Below, one piece after another: positions 1-10,265 of a stretch of DNA of 64,000 nucleotides (position 1 is the stretch's first letter; each line of letters opens with the position of its first letter). The translations under genes and the position numbers were made by a program. The notes below the pieces were generated by a model. That model searched no databases, was not told the DNA's origin, and saw only the letters and a program-made list of their open reading frames with translations. The stretch is from an archaeon. GTDB lineage: Archaea; Nanobdellota; Nanobdellia; Pacearchaeales; GW2011-AR1. The stretch lies in the NCBI GenBank assembly GCA_018651605.1, contig JABIDS010000013.1, positions 717-64,716 of the forward strand, given 5' to 3'.

Positions 1-2
1 AT

Positions 3-3000
3 AAAGCTGACCACACTACAGTAGGACAAACATATTCCACTTATAATGGGACTTCTACTACTGAGTTTGACAGCGTTATACCAAGCTCAGAACTAAATGG
101 GATAAGCAATTCAGACTATTTTGAAAATTATAATCATCAAGATGTCGACCGCTATAATTCTCATGGTAATGAAAGTAATAATTTAAATACTACTATCATG
201 TCAAGGGATGATGAAACAATATATCAATTTACAAATTGTGGACAGACTGGAAGGACAGGACCTTCTCAATCTCAAACTGATAATGCGTATGCAGGTACTT
301 CTTTAGATGGTGCTGTCACAGTTTCAGGTGGAATTCAAAGCTGGACAGTTCCTACTACAGGTGACTATACAATTGATTCATATGGAGCACAAGGAGGAGG
401 ACCGAATGGAGGACTAGGGGCATGGATGTCGGGAACTTTTCCCCTGACAGCAGGGCAAACAATAAAAGTATTAGTTGGTCAAATGGGATCATATTCTGCA
501 CCAATGACCACAGGGGGTGGAGGTAGTTTTGTAGCTACAAGTACTAATGCACCTATGATAGTTGCTGGAGGTGGAGGAGCTGCTAGCCAAGTAGGCAGTG
601 GTAATCAAAATGGTAATACAACTATTACTGGAGGGGTAGCTTATGGAGGATGGCCTGATGTTGGTCTTCAGACATATAATGCAGGTACTAGTGGTAATGG
701 AGGAGATGGATCTAGCGGCAGCGGAGGCGGAGGCGGAGGTGGAGGATTCTCTACAAACGGTAATGATGATGATGCATTTGGTTATTCCTTTTTAAATGGA
801 GGAGTTGGTGGTTCAGGAGGACTTTCTGGAGGCTTTGGTGGAGGTGGAGGCGCTCGTAATAATGGAAATAATTATTGGGGCGGTGGAGCTGGAGGAGGTT
901 ATTCTGGTGGAGGAGGAGGAGGTTGGAGTTCAGGAGGATGGGGTGGTGCGGGAGGTTCATATAATGATGGAACAGACCAAGATAATACTGAGGCATTTAA
1001 TCCTGGAGATGGATATGTTATTATAACTAAACTTGGTTCATCAAAAGGTGGAACAATTTCTATGGTTGAAGGAACAACTCCATTTTATACAACTGTTACA
1101 AATCCTTATAATTTGACATTAAATCAGGATGAGTCTTCTGTAATCACGTGGTTAGTGAATGCAACTGGAGATTTAAATATAACTCATGAATTTTTTATTT
1201 ATGCAAATAAAACTTCTTCTCAGTCTATTGGGGCCATTACTAATATTTGGAATGTTACAACTGTTGATGCTCCTGAGACAACTCCTCCTACATTGAGCAT
1301 TGTTACTCCGACTAATAATTCCAATTATTCTGATAATGGATTGAATATTAATTATACTTTTGGAGATTCTGTTTATTGTTGGTATTCTAATGATAGTTAT
1401 TCTGTGAATAATTCGTTGAGTAGTTGTGAAAATATAACTTCTGTTGTTTGGAGTGAGGGGACACATAATTTAACAATCTGGGCAAATGATAGTTTGAATA
1501 ATGTTGCTAGTACTTTTGTTTCATTTACAATTGATAGTGTTAAACCTTTGATTAATGTTATTAGTCCTGTTAATGGAGCGAATAGTTCTAATAAGGGGTT
1601 GAATGTTAATTATACTTTTGTTGGTGTAAGTAATTGTTGGTATTCTAATGATAGTTATTCTAAGAATACTACTCTTGCTGGTTGTGGGAATATTACTTCT
1701 GTTGTTTGGAGTGAAGGACAGCATAATGTTAGTGTTTGGGTGAACGATAGTGCTGGAAATGTTAATTCTTCTAGTGTCAGTTTTACCATTGATAGTGTTA
1801 CTCCTTTAGTTAATGTTGTTAGTCCTGCAAATGAAACTAATAGTTCTGATAATGGATTGGATGTTAATTATACTTATTCTGATTTGAATGTTGATGAGTG
1901 TTGGTATTCTAATGATAGTTACGCTGTTAATACTTCTTTGGTTTGTGGTGTGAATATAACTTCTGTTGTTTGGAGTGAAGGACAGCATAATGTTAGTGTT
2001 TGGGTGAACGATAGTGCTGGAAATGTTAATTCTTCTAGTGTTAGTTTTACAATTGATACAATTAACCCTCAGGTTAATATTATTTTTCCATTAAATAATT
2101 TAGATTATTCTAAAAATAATTTGAATGTTAATTTTACTTATTTAGATATTAATTTGGATGAATGTTGGTATTCTAATGATTCAATGAGTGTTAATAATTC
2201 TTTGAGTAGTTGTGAGAATATAACTTCTGTTGTTTGGAGTGAAGGACAGCATAATGTTAGTGTTTGGGTGAACGATAGTGCTGGAAATATTAATTCTTCT
2301 AGTGTTGGTTTTACAATTGATTCTCTTGCCCCAAATATTACCTCAATAACTCCTGTTAATGATAGTGCTACGAATAATTCTCAAGTTAATTTTTTTGCAA
2401 ATATTGAAGATTCAGGTGTTGGAATTGATAATGCTACACTTTCAATTTATAATGAAACTGGATTATATCAGGAAACTTTTGTTGAAGTTGGAAATGTTGC
2501 AAGCACAACTATAGGAGTAGTTGTTGTACTTACTGAAGGAATTTATACCTGGTTTTGGACAGTTATTGATGTTGTAGCTAATGTGATTACTTCTCAAAAT
2601 CAAACTACTGGGCCTGGTGGAAATTATACTGTTACTTATGATGCAACTGATCCTGCAATAAATATCTCTCTTCCTTATGATGGTTATCAAACTTCTGATC
2701 CTACTCCTGAAGTTAAATTCATTATAACTGATAATATTTTCACAAATATTAATTATTCAGTTTATATTGATAATGCGATTGTTAATCACTCTGGAGATGG
2801 AATAGCATTAAATAATACTGAAGAAATAATTATTATCACTTCTCGTTTAGAATTAGGGCAACATAACCTCAGTGTTCAGGCAAATGATTCTGCTGGAAAC
2901 TTAATAACTTCAAATATAATTAATATGACTATTGTTCCTCCTACTGTTTATCTTAGAAGTCCTACTTATAATGAATATCTTAATGATGTTAATGTTTCTC

Positions 3001-6000
3001 TTGAATTTGATGTTACAGATCCTTCTTATGAAACTTTAAATTGTTCAATGTATTTTGATGGAGTAATTAATCAAACTAAGAATTCCACTAGAAATATTTT
3101 AGATAGTTTTAATGTAAGTAATCTTGAGGATAAAAATAATTATAATTGGACTGTTCATTGTTTTAATGAAGTGGATGCTTATTCAAATGATACTTTTATT
3201 TTTAATGTAGATACTATTAATCCGTTGGTTAGTGTTGTTAGTCCTGCTAATTTAAGTAATAGTTCTAATGATGGATTAAATATAAGTTATACTCGTTCTG
3301 ACTTGAATTTGGATTCTTGTTGGTATTCTAATGATAGTTATGCTGTTAATATTTCCTTAGGTAATAATGGGAATTGTACAAATATAACTTCAGTTATTTG
3401 GACAGAAGGTATGCATAATATTACTATTTGGACAAATGATTCTGCTGGAAATGAAAATGATTCTTTGGTAAGTTTTACTATTGATACAATTTTGCCTAAT
3501 GCAACTTTGCTTGCTCCAGAAAATACAAGTTATAATTCTACAACATCTCAAAACTTCACAGTTAATTTAACAGATAATTTGGGACTTAAAAATGCAACTT
3601 TGAATATTTATAATTCTTCTGGGAACTTAGTGAATCAAACAACAACTAGTTTTTTTGGAAATGTTTTGAAATATACTTTAGGTGTTGTAGTGGTTTTAAC
3701 TGATGGTGTTTATGATTGGTTTTATGATGTGTTTGATATTGCTAATAATAATTTTTTAACTGAGAATAATACAATTACAATTGATACTATTAATACTTTG
3801 ATTAATGTTGTTAGTCCTGCTAACGGGACTAATAGTTCAGATACAGGATTGGATGTTAATTATACTTATTCAGATACTAATTTAGATGAGTGTTGGTATA
3901 GTAATGATAGTTATGGTGTGAATACTAGTTTGACTTGTGGTGTGAATATTACTTCTGTTGTTTGGAGTGAAGGGCAGCATAATGTAATTGTTTGGGCAAA
4001 TGATAGTGCAGGGAATGTGAATAGTTCGTTTGTAAGTTTTACAATTGATACAATTACTCCTTTAGTTAGTGTGGTTAGTCCTGCTAATGGAACTAATAGT
4101 TCAGATACTGGATTGAATGTTAATTATACTTATTCTGATTTGAGTGTTGATGAGTGTTGGTATAGTAATGATAGTTATAGTGTGAATAGTTCTCTTGCTG
4201 ATTGTGAGAATATTACTTCAGTTGTTTGGAGTGAAGGGCAGCATAATGTAAGTATTTGGGTTAATGATAGTGCTGGAAATGTTAATAATTCTTTTGTTAG
4301 TTTTACAATTGATACAACTCCCCCTTACTTTACAACAATTCCTTCGAATACTACTATTGATTATCTTCAAGGATTTGGTGTTGATTTTGATGGGGCAGAT
4401 AGTTTTGCGTTTGGGAATTATAGTATTAATTGGACAAATACTTTTAGTATTAATTCTTCAGGATGGTTAATTAATTCAAGTGCTAATTTGGCTGTTGGAA
4501 ATTATGGTATAAATGTTTCTATAAATGATAGTGTTGGTAATGAAAATTCTACTTTCTATAATGTTGTTGTTAATCCAATTACTGTTGGACTGATGATGAT
4601 ATTTAATCAAAGCAATAATGTTAGTTATGGTACTGATGTGAATATTACTGGGGCTAATTGTCCGAGTCAATTAAATTGTTTGTTACATAGAAATGATAGT
4701 GGTGTTGTGCCTAATGCGCAGAATGTCAACCTTGGCGTTGGTGTTTATAATTATACTTATAATACTAGTGGAAATAATAATTATTCTAGTGAGAGTGCTT
4801 CATCAATATTTATTGTTAATCAGGTATCTTCTACTTTAAATTTAACTCTTAATTATACTCGTGGAAATGTTTACATTGAGAATGTTACAACTATTGATTT
4901 AAATTGTAGTATTATTTCCGGAGATGCTGGAGCAACCCTTAATTTGTATCGTAATGGAACTTTAATTAATTCAGGAATTTCTCCAATTGGAAATTCAACA
5001 GACTTTAATGATATTCAAGATGAGAATATAACCTGTATGTATGAGGATTCTCAAAATTATACTTCTTCATCTGAAACTTGGTGGGCATATGTTCGTTCTG
5101 TTGATAGGAGTGTTCCAGTGATTTCTATTGATTTGATTAATAATTCTTATTATCCAACAAATAGTTTAGCTATTAATTATTCTGTTGAAGATGAAAATGT
5201 TTCTTCTTGTTGGTATTCTAATGATAGTTATGCTTTGAATCGTTCTTTACTTGGTGTTAGTAGTTGTTTAAATATTACTGATGTTTCTTGGACTGAAGGG
5301 CAACATGATTTAACTATTTGGGCAAATGATTCTGTGGGGAATAATGGTAGTTCTTTAGTTTCTTTTTTCATAGATAGTATTAATCCTCTAATTTATTATG
5401 GTGTTGGAACTGAAGGAGATGGAGTTAAACTTACTAAGGATAATATTTATGTGAATGTTAGTGTAACGGAATTGAATGAAGTTAATATTACTTTTAATTT
5501 ATATTATTCTAATGGGACTTCTGTAAATAGTACCACTTATACTGATTCTAGTCGGGTGATAAATTGGACTGATTTGGCTGATGATAGTTATAAATTTAAT
5601 GTCACAGTTTATGATGATGCAAGTAATTCGAATTTAACTTTAACTAGGAGTGTTTCTACAGATAGTGTTATTCCGGGAATCTCGATTATTTCTCCTGCGA
5701 ATCAAACTTATGTAACTTCTTTAATTAATTTTAATATTGTTGCTAGTGAAAATTTGAGTTCATGTATTTTGAGCATGGATGATTGGGTTACAAATTATAG
5801 TATGAGTTTAAATTCTAGTTTGAATGGTGCTAGTTTTGTTGAGTCAAGTGTTTATGATGGGAGTTATGCTGCAAAGTTTTGGTGTGAAGATATTTCTGGA
5901 AATGTAAATAATAGTGAAAGTGTTGGTTTTAGAGTTGATACTGTTAATCCTGTTGTTAATATTGCGTTTCCTTTTGATAATGCTTATTTGAATTATAATG

Positions 6001-8090
6001 AGAGTATTTCATTTAATTATAGTATTGCTTCTAATGATACAGATACTTGTTGGTATTTTGTGGATGGAGGAAGTAATCAGACGATTGCTAGTTGTGCGAA
6101 TATTACTTTGGATTTATCTGAAGGAAATCATTTGGTTGAATTATGGTTAAACGATACTGCAAATCTTCGTGGAAGTGATAATGTTAATTTTACAATTGAT
6201 TTAACTGAACCTTGGATTGGTTTGATTAATCCTTCAAATGATAGTATGAATATGACTACAAATACTATAGACTTTTATTATAATGTTAGTGATACGAATT
6301 CAATTTCTAATTGTAGTTTGATAATTGAGGATTCAATTAATCAGAGTGTTGTTGGTCCTGGAAAAAATCAAGTGAATAATTTTAGTGTTTATCTCTTGAA
6401 TGGTAATTATGATTGGAGTGTTAATTGCACAGATATTGCAGGTAATGTTAATTCTTCTGAGGTTCGTGTTATTGAAGTAAATTATTCTACTGTTGTTGAT
6501 GATTCTGTTTTTGATGGAGGTTCTACGGATTTTGCTGAGAGAATAAATAATAGTGAACTGAGTAATATAACTAATTTGACATTAGGTAAAATAGCTTATG
6601 GGGATATTAATTTTTTGTATGGTGTGGATTTATCTGAAGACTTGGAAGACAATGTTTTAAATTTTACCAAATATGTTAATATTTCTTATAATCGTATTTA
6701 TGTTAATTCTAGTGCTTTGACAGGATTAAATAGTGATGCTAGGCTTAGATTGTTTAATTTGACTTTTACAAATCCTCAGATATTGAGAGATGATATTGTT
6801 TGCAGTGATTGTGTTGAGGAGAGTTACACTAATGGGACTTTGACTTTTAATGTTACTGGATTTTCAGTTTATTCTGCTAGGGAGACTCCTTCGGTTGTTG
6901 CACCTCCTGCAGCTTCTCCTTCGTCTGGAGGTGGAGGTTCTTCAAGTATAATTGAATGTAAGAAAAATTCTGATTGTAATGATGATTATAGTTGTTATGC
7001 TGGAAAATGTGTTAAGTTGTTTGATGTGGAAATAATTTTAATTAATCCTTTGATTGAGCATCTTAATTTTGAATTAGATTATTTGATAAAGGGTATGGCA
7101 GATATTAATAATGATGTTATTGTGGAATTTTGGATTGAGAATGATGGTGAAAAAGTAATGTTGGGTAAGGATACTATTTATCTTGGTAGTTTTGAGGAGA
7201 AGAGAAAGAAAACTAAGTTGAATCTTCCTGCTAGAATTCCTGATGGAGATTATGATTTGTATGTCCAATCTAGTTATGAAGGGTATAGTGCGCAATCATT
7301 TAGAAAGATTAATATTAGGGTTCCTGAAAAAGTCAGGCTTGAAGAAATGGGGCCTTTCTTTTCTCCAGGAGTAAGGGCTTATTTTAATGCTTATCTTTGG
7401 TTTTTTATTATTTTGTTGGGTTTGATAGTTGTAGCATTGTTAATGAAGAAAACTCGAGTGATTATTTTGAGTTGGTTGGTTTATATTAAAGAGAAGATTA
7501 AAAATCCAAGAATGCATGTTTCTTTCAAGGATACTATGCATGAAGAAGAAGATGAAGAAAAAGAATTGGAGGAAAGAGAGAAGATGGCGATTCAGAAGGT
7601 TGCTCAAAGAAAGAAAGAGATTTTGCCTGTTAGAGATATGCGTCCGTTTCCAATGCCTCGGGCAGGAGTTAATATTGGGAAATCTTTGATGTCTTTACCT
7701 GAAAATATAGTTCCTATTAAAAGTTTAGCTGGGAAAAAGGTTTATGGTGCTTCAGGTAATTTCATTGGAGTAATTGAAAAAGCTAATTTGGGTGAGAAAA
7801 GAATTACTGGTTGGATTATTAAGCCTAAGGATTCCTATAATATTCAGAAAAGTATTTGGATAAAACATGAGGCAGTTATAGAAATAAAAGATAAGTTTAT
7901 TGTAGATAAAAAAGTTGAAGATTATTTGGAGAGAATAAAGAAACCTGTTTTCCCTTCTGAAAAATATTCTCCTGATTTTATTAAAAAGAGAAACGAAATA
8001 ATAAGGCAGAGGAATTTGGATGAATTGAAGAAGAGATATGGTGGTGAGGAGGATTTTAGAAAAAGATATTGGAGTGGAGAGGGTTATTAG
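3..8090 (+). CDS. Giant cell-surface glycoprotein, 5'-truncated by the window: ALK/LTK-like glycine-rich domain, many ~88-aa Ig-like repeats, one TM helix, C-terminal PRC-barrel-like tail
   Basis: The frame of ORF 198..8090 is open back to nt 3. Motifs: FTNCGQTGRTGP...GIQSWTVP...YGAQGG then poly-Gly; repeated CWYSNDSY...WSEGQHNVSVWVNDSAGN; dense N-x-S/T sequons; TM YLWFFIILLGLIVVALL; LAGKKVYGASGNFIGVI. Confidence 0.8.
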   Translation, partial: KADHTTVGQTYSTYNGTSTTEFDSVIPSSELNGISNSDYFENYNHQDVDRYNSHGNESNNLNTTIMSRDDETIYQFTNCGQTGRTGPSQSQTDNAYAGTSLDGAVTVSGGIQSWTVPTTGDYTIDSYGAQGGGPNGGLGAWMSGTFPLTAGQTIKVLVGQMGSYSAPMTTGGGGSFVATSTNAPMIVAGGGGAASQVGSGNQNGNTTITGGVAYGGWPDVGLQTYNAGTSGNGGDGSSGSGGGGGGGGFSTNGNDDDAFGYSFLNGGVGGSGGLSGGFGGGGGARNNGNNYWGGGAGGGYSGGGGGGWSSGGWGGAGGSYNDGTDQDNTEAFNPGDGYVIITKLGSSKGGTISMVEGTTPFYTTVTNPYNLTLNQDESSVITWLVNATGDLNITHEFFIYANKTSSQSIGAITNIWNVTTVDAPETTPPTLSIVTPTNNSNYSDNGLNINYTFGDSVYCWYSNDSYSVNNSLSSCENITSVVWSEGTHNLTIWANDSLNNVASTFVSFTIDSVKPLINVISPVNGANSSNKGLNVNYTFVGVSNCWYSNDSYSKNTTLAGCGNITSVVWSEGQHNVSVWVNDSAGNVNSSSVSFTIDSVTPLVNVVSPANETNSSDNGLDVNYTYSDLNVDECWYSNDSYAVNTSLVCGVNITSVVWSEGQHNVSVWVNDSAGNVNSSSVSFTIDTINPQVNIIFPLNNLDYSKNNLNVNFTYLDINLDECWYSNDSMSVNNSLSSCENITSVVWSEGQHNVSVWVNDSAGNINSSSVGFTIDSLAPNITSITPVNDSATNNSQVNFFANIEDSGVGIDNATLSIYNETGLYQETFVEVGNVASTTIGVVVVLTEGIYTWFWTVIDVVANVITSQNQTTGPGGNYTVTYDATDPAINISLPYDGYQTSDPTPEVKFIITDNIFTNINYSVYIDNAIVNHSGDGIALNNTEEIIIITSRLELGQHNLSVQANDSAGNLITSNIINMTIVPPTVYLRSPTYNEYLNDVNVSLEFDVTDPSYETLNCSMYFDGVINQTKNSTRNILDSFNVSNLEDKNNYNWTVHCFNEVDAYSNDTFIFNVDTINPLVSVVSPANLSNSSNDGLNISYTRSDLNLDSCWYSNDSYAVNISLGNNGNCTNITSVIWTEGMHNITIWTNDSAGNENDSLVSFTIDTILPNATLLAPENTSYNSTTSQNFTVNLTDNLGLKNATLNIYNSSGNLVNQTTTSFFGNVLKYTLGVVVVLTDGVYDWFYDVFDIANNNFLTENNTITIDTINTLINVVSPANGTNSSDTGLDVNYTYSDTNLDECWYSNDSYGVNTSLTCGVNITSVVWSEGQHNVIVWANDSAGNVNSSFVSFTIDTITPLVSVVSPANGTNSSDTGLNVNYTYSDLSVDECWYSNDSYSVNSSLADCENITSVVWSEGQHNVSIWVNDSAGNVNNSFVSFTIDTTPPYFTTIPSNTTIDYLQGFGVDFDGADSFAFGNYSINWTNTFSINSSGWLINSSANLAVGNYGINVSINDSVGNENSTFYNVVVNPITVGLMMIFNQSNNVSYGTDVNITGANCPSQLNCLLHRNDSGVVPNAQNVNLGVGVYNYTYNTSGNNNYSSESASSIFIVNQVSSTLNLTLNYTRGNVYIENVTTIDLNCSIISGDAGATLNLYRNGTLINSGISPIGNSTDFNDIQDENITCMYEDSQNYTSSSETWWAYVRSVDRSVPVISIDLINNSYYPTNSLAINYSVEDENVSSCWYSNDSYALNRSLLGVSSCLNITDVSWTEGQHDLTIWANDSVGNNGSSLVSFFIDSINPLIYYGVGTEGDGVKLTKDNIYVNVSVTELNEVNITFNLYYSNGTSVNSTTYTDSSRVINWTDLADDSYKFNVTVYDDASNSNLTLTRSVSTDSVIPGISIISPANQTYVTSLINFNIVASENLSSCILSMDDWVTNYSMSLNSSLNGASFVESSVYDGSYAAKFWCEDISGNVNNSESVGFRVDTVNPVVNIAFPFDNAYLNYNESISFNYSIASNDTDTCWYFVDGGSNQTIASCANITLDLSEGNHLVELWLNDTANLRGSDNVNFTIDLTEPWIGLINPSNDSMNMTTNTIDFYYNVSDTNSISNCSLIIEDSINQSVVGPGKNQVNNFSVYLLNGNYDWSVNCTDIAGNVNSSEVRVIEVNYSTVVDDSVFDGGSTDFAERINNSELSNITNLTLGKIAYGDINFLYGVDLSEDLEDNVLNFTKYVNISYNRIYVNSSALTGLNSDARLRLFNLTFTNPQILRDDIVCSDCVEESYTNGTLTFNVTGFSVYSARETPSVVAPPAASPSSGGGGSSSIIECKKNSDCNDDYSCYAGKCVKLFDVEIILINPLIEHLNFELDYLIKGMADINNDVIVEFWIENDGEKVMLGKDTIYLGSFEEKRKKTKLNLPARIPDGDYDLYVQSSYEGYSAQSFRKINIRVPEKVRLEEMGPFFSPGVRAYFNAYLWFFIILLGLIVVALLMKKTRVIILSWLVYIKEKIKNPRMHVSFKDTMHEEEDEEKELEEREKMAIQKVAQRKKEILPVRDMRPFPMPRAGVNIGKSLMSLPENIVPIKSLAGKKVYGASGNFIGVIEKANLGEKRITGWIIKPKDSYNIQKSIWIKHEAVIEIKDKFIVDKKVEDYLERIKKPVFPSEKYSPDFIKKRNEIIRQRNLDELKKRYGGEEDFRKRYWSGEGY
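1695..2288 (+). repeat. Near-identical tandem coding repeats with a 264-nt period
   Basis: acttctgttgtttggagtgaaggacagcataatgttagtgtttgggtgaacgatagtgctggaaat starts at 1695, 1959 and 2223; more diverged copies lie near 1437, 3950 and 4215. Confidence 0.9.
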
Positions 8091-8189
8091 TGAAGGTTTA
8101 AATAAGTTATTTTTGTTTTAATTACATGAAAAATAAGAATAATGAAAATTTTTGAAATTTTCAAACCTTTATTTTTCCTGGATGGAGAT

Positions 8190-8669
8190 ATGAAAAATAA
8201 AAACGTAGGATATTTGATTTGTGGGATGGCTTTTGTAATTTTTATAATTATATTTATATTCAATAATGGTATGAAAGATATTGTTAGTGAGACATGTAGT
8301 CATGGTCCTAGTTGTTCTATGTATGGGACGATTACATTGCAGACACAGATAAGTATGGCTATTGCTGGTTTGGTTTTGGTAATTGGTTTGTTTTTGATTT
8401 TTGCTAAGGAAGAGGAGAGGATTGTTGTTAAGAGGGTTAAGGTTGGTAATCGTAAGAAAAAATTGGATTTGTCTGGGTTGGATGGAGATGAGAAGGAGAT
8501 TGTTAAGTTGCTTTCTAGTGAAGGTGGTGGAATGTTTCAAGCTTCGTTGATGGAGAAATTGGATATTGGAAAAGTTAAGGTTACAAGGTTGTTGGATAAG
8601 TTGGAGGCGAAGGGATTTGTTGAGAGGAAAAGAAGAGGGATGAATAATTTTGTTGTGCTAAAGAATTGA
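8190..8669 (+). CDS. Membrane-anchored winged-helix transcription regulator (2 TM + C-terminal wHTH)
   Basis: Two TM helices flank a CSHGPSC loop; C-terminal LDGDEKEIVKLL...FQASLMEKLDIGKVKVTRLLDKLEAKGFVERKRRG. Start 8190 follows GGAGA (track start 8142). Confidence 0.75.
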   Translation: MKNKNVGYLICGMAFVIFIIIFIFNNGMKDIVSETCSHGPSCSMYGTITLQTQISMAIAGLVLVIGLFLIFAKEEERIVVKRVKVGNRKKKLDLSGLDGDEKEIVKLLSSEGGGMFQASLMEKLDIGKVKVTRLLDKLEAKGFVERKRRGMNNFVVLKN

Positions 8670-8680
8670 AACTAGTTTCA
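8667..8680. promoter_or_regulatory. Perfect palindrome TGAAACTAGTTTCA just upstream of a TATA-like element; candidate operator of the copper cluster
   Basis: 14-bp perfect inverted repeat, followed by ttataaag at 8690 and ATG at 8718. Confidence 0.45.
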
Positions 8681-8717
8681 CCAAAGTGGTTATAAAGAAT
8701 TGATTTTTAGATTTGTC

Positions 8718-10235
8718 ATGGTTAAAAAAGAATTTAAAATTAAAGGTATGACATGTAATTCGTGTGCTTCTATTATTGAAGATGGTTTGAAGAATTTTGT
8801 TAAAGGAGTTGATGTTAATTTTTCTAATGGGGTTGCTAGTGTTTATTTTGATGAGGCTGCACCTGGAGGTGTACCCTCTGAGGGCAAAATAAGTGAGGAA
8901 GAGATTGTTAAGAAGATTGAAGAGATGGGTTATAGTGTTGTTAATGGGGATAATGTTTCTGAAAATAGTAATGATTCTAAAATTGATTTTCTTCCATGGA
9001 TTATATTAATAGGAAGTGTTGGAGTGTTATTGTATGTTATTTATAATTCTTTTTTAAGTGGTTTGGATCTTGGGATTCCTGAGGCTGGGGAAAGTGGTAG
9101 TTTGATTTTGTTGTTTTTTGTTGGAATTTTGACAGGATTTCATTGTATTTCAATGTGCGGAGGTTTTGTTGTTTCATATACAACTAAGAATGCGATGAAA
9201 GGGCATAAGAGTTTTATGCAACATTTTGTTTATGGAGGTTCTAGGGTTTTATCTTATGCTATTATTGGGGGATTGTTTGGTTTGATTGGAGGAGTTATTG
9301 CTTTTAGTGTTGGTTTGCGTGGTTGGATTGCTATTTTTGCTGGAGTGTTTATGATATTTTACTCTATGAGTATGTTTGGATTTAAATGGTTTAGAAGGTT
9401 TCAGTTTAATCCTAAATTTTTGACTAAGTTTAATTCTAGAGTATCTAAAAATACTAAAGGTGTTTTTATGGCTCCTTTAGTTACAGGTTTGTTGAGTGGT
9501 TTGTTTATTGCATGTGGGCCTTTGCAAGCAATGTATTTGTATGCAATGGGTAGTGGGAATTTTGTTAGTGGGTTTTTGAGTTTAGGTGTTTTTGGTTTGG
9601 GAACTTTGCCTGTGATGATTGGATTTGGAAGTTTTGCAACTGTTATTAGTCATAAAGCTACGAAAAGGATTTTGAAAATTTCTGCTATTTTGGTTTTGAT
9701 TTTAGGTTTGATTATGTTGAATAGGGGATTGTTAGTTATTGGAAGTGATTATAGTTATGAGGCTATTAAGGCTAAAGTTGTTGGTGTTGAAGGTGTTGCA
9801 GGAGAAGTTCGGATAGAGGGAGGTTATCAAATTATTGATATGGAAGTTACGCGAAGTGGTTGGAATCCTGATGTGTTTGTTTTGAAAAAAGGAGTTCCTG
9901 TTAAATGGAATATTGATGTTAAAGAATTGACTGGCTGCAATAATGAAATTATTGTTGGAGATTATAATTTAGATATTAAGTTGAAGAAAGGAATGAATGT
10001 TGTGGAGTTTACTCCTGATAAAAGTGGGAATGTTCAGTGGAGTTGTTGGATGGGAATGATTCCTGGAAGTTTTGTTGTGACTGATGATGGTAGTGCGAGT
10101 GCTTCTCAGATTACTGGGGCTGTTGTTTCTGGTTCTGGTTCTGGTGGAGGATGTGGTGGTGGTGCAGATGGTGGAGGTTGCGGGAGTCCGACGTGTGGTG
10201 GTTCAAGTGGTGGTGGGTGTGGGTGTGGTGGATAG
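8718..10235 (+). CDS. HMA + DsbD_2/TauE-like membrane domain + cupredoxin-like domain protein (copper trafficking)
   Basis: GMTCNSC; GFHCISMCGG and IACGPLQ membrane motifs; GCNN...WSCWMGM cupredoxin-like motif; Cys/Gly-rich tail. Confidence 0.85.
   Translation: MVKKEFKIKGMTCNSCASIIEDGLKNFVKGVDVNFSNGVASVYFDEAAPGGVPSEGKISEEEIVKKIEEMGYSVVNGDNVSENSNDSKIDFLPWIILIGSVGVLLYVIYNSFLSGLDLGIPEAGESGSLILLFFVGILTGFHCISMCGGFVVSYTTKNAMKGHKSFMQHFVYGGSRVLSYAIIGGLFGLIGGVIAFSVGLRGWIAIFAGVFMIFYSMSMFGFKWFRRFQFNPKFLTKFNSRVSKNTKGVFMAPLVTGLLSGLFIACGPLQAMYLYAMGSGNFVSGFLSLGVFGLGTLPVMIGFGSFATVISHKATKRILKISAILVLILGLIMLNRGLLVIGSDYSYEAIKAKVVGVEGVAGEVRIEGGYQIIDMEVTRSGWNPDVFVLKKGVPVKWNIDVKELTGCNNEIIVGDYNLDIKLKKGMNVVEFTPDKSGNVQWSCWMGMIPGSFVVTDDGSASASQITGAVVSGSGSGGGCGGGADGGGCGSPTCGGSSGGGCGCGG
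8856..8885. repeat. In-frame 30-bp double-hairpin insert (AAPGGVPSEG) in the HMA domain
   Basis: tgcacct-gg-aggtgta plus ccctc-t-gaggg; GC-rich stretch in an AT-rich gene. Confidence 0.6.
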
Positions 10236-10265
10236 ATTTAAATTAAATAAAATGGTTATTATATT

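Noticed and set aside
751..7295. Short antisense and alternate-frame ORFs inside the giant surface gene, and similar ones throughout (e.g. 40741..41517, 55884..56435)
   Set aside because: Shadow ORFs caused by strand skew and repeats; they overlap well-supported genes and have no motifs.
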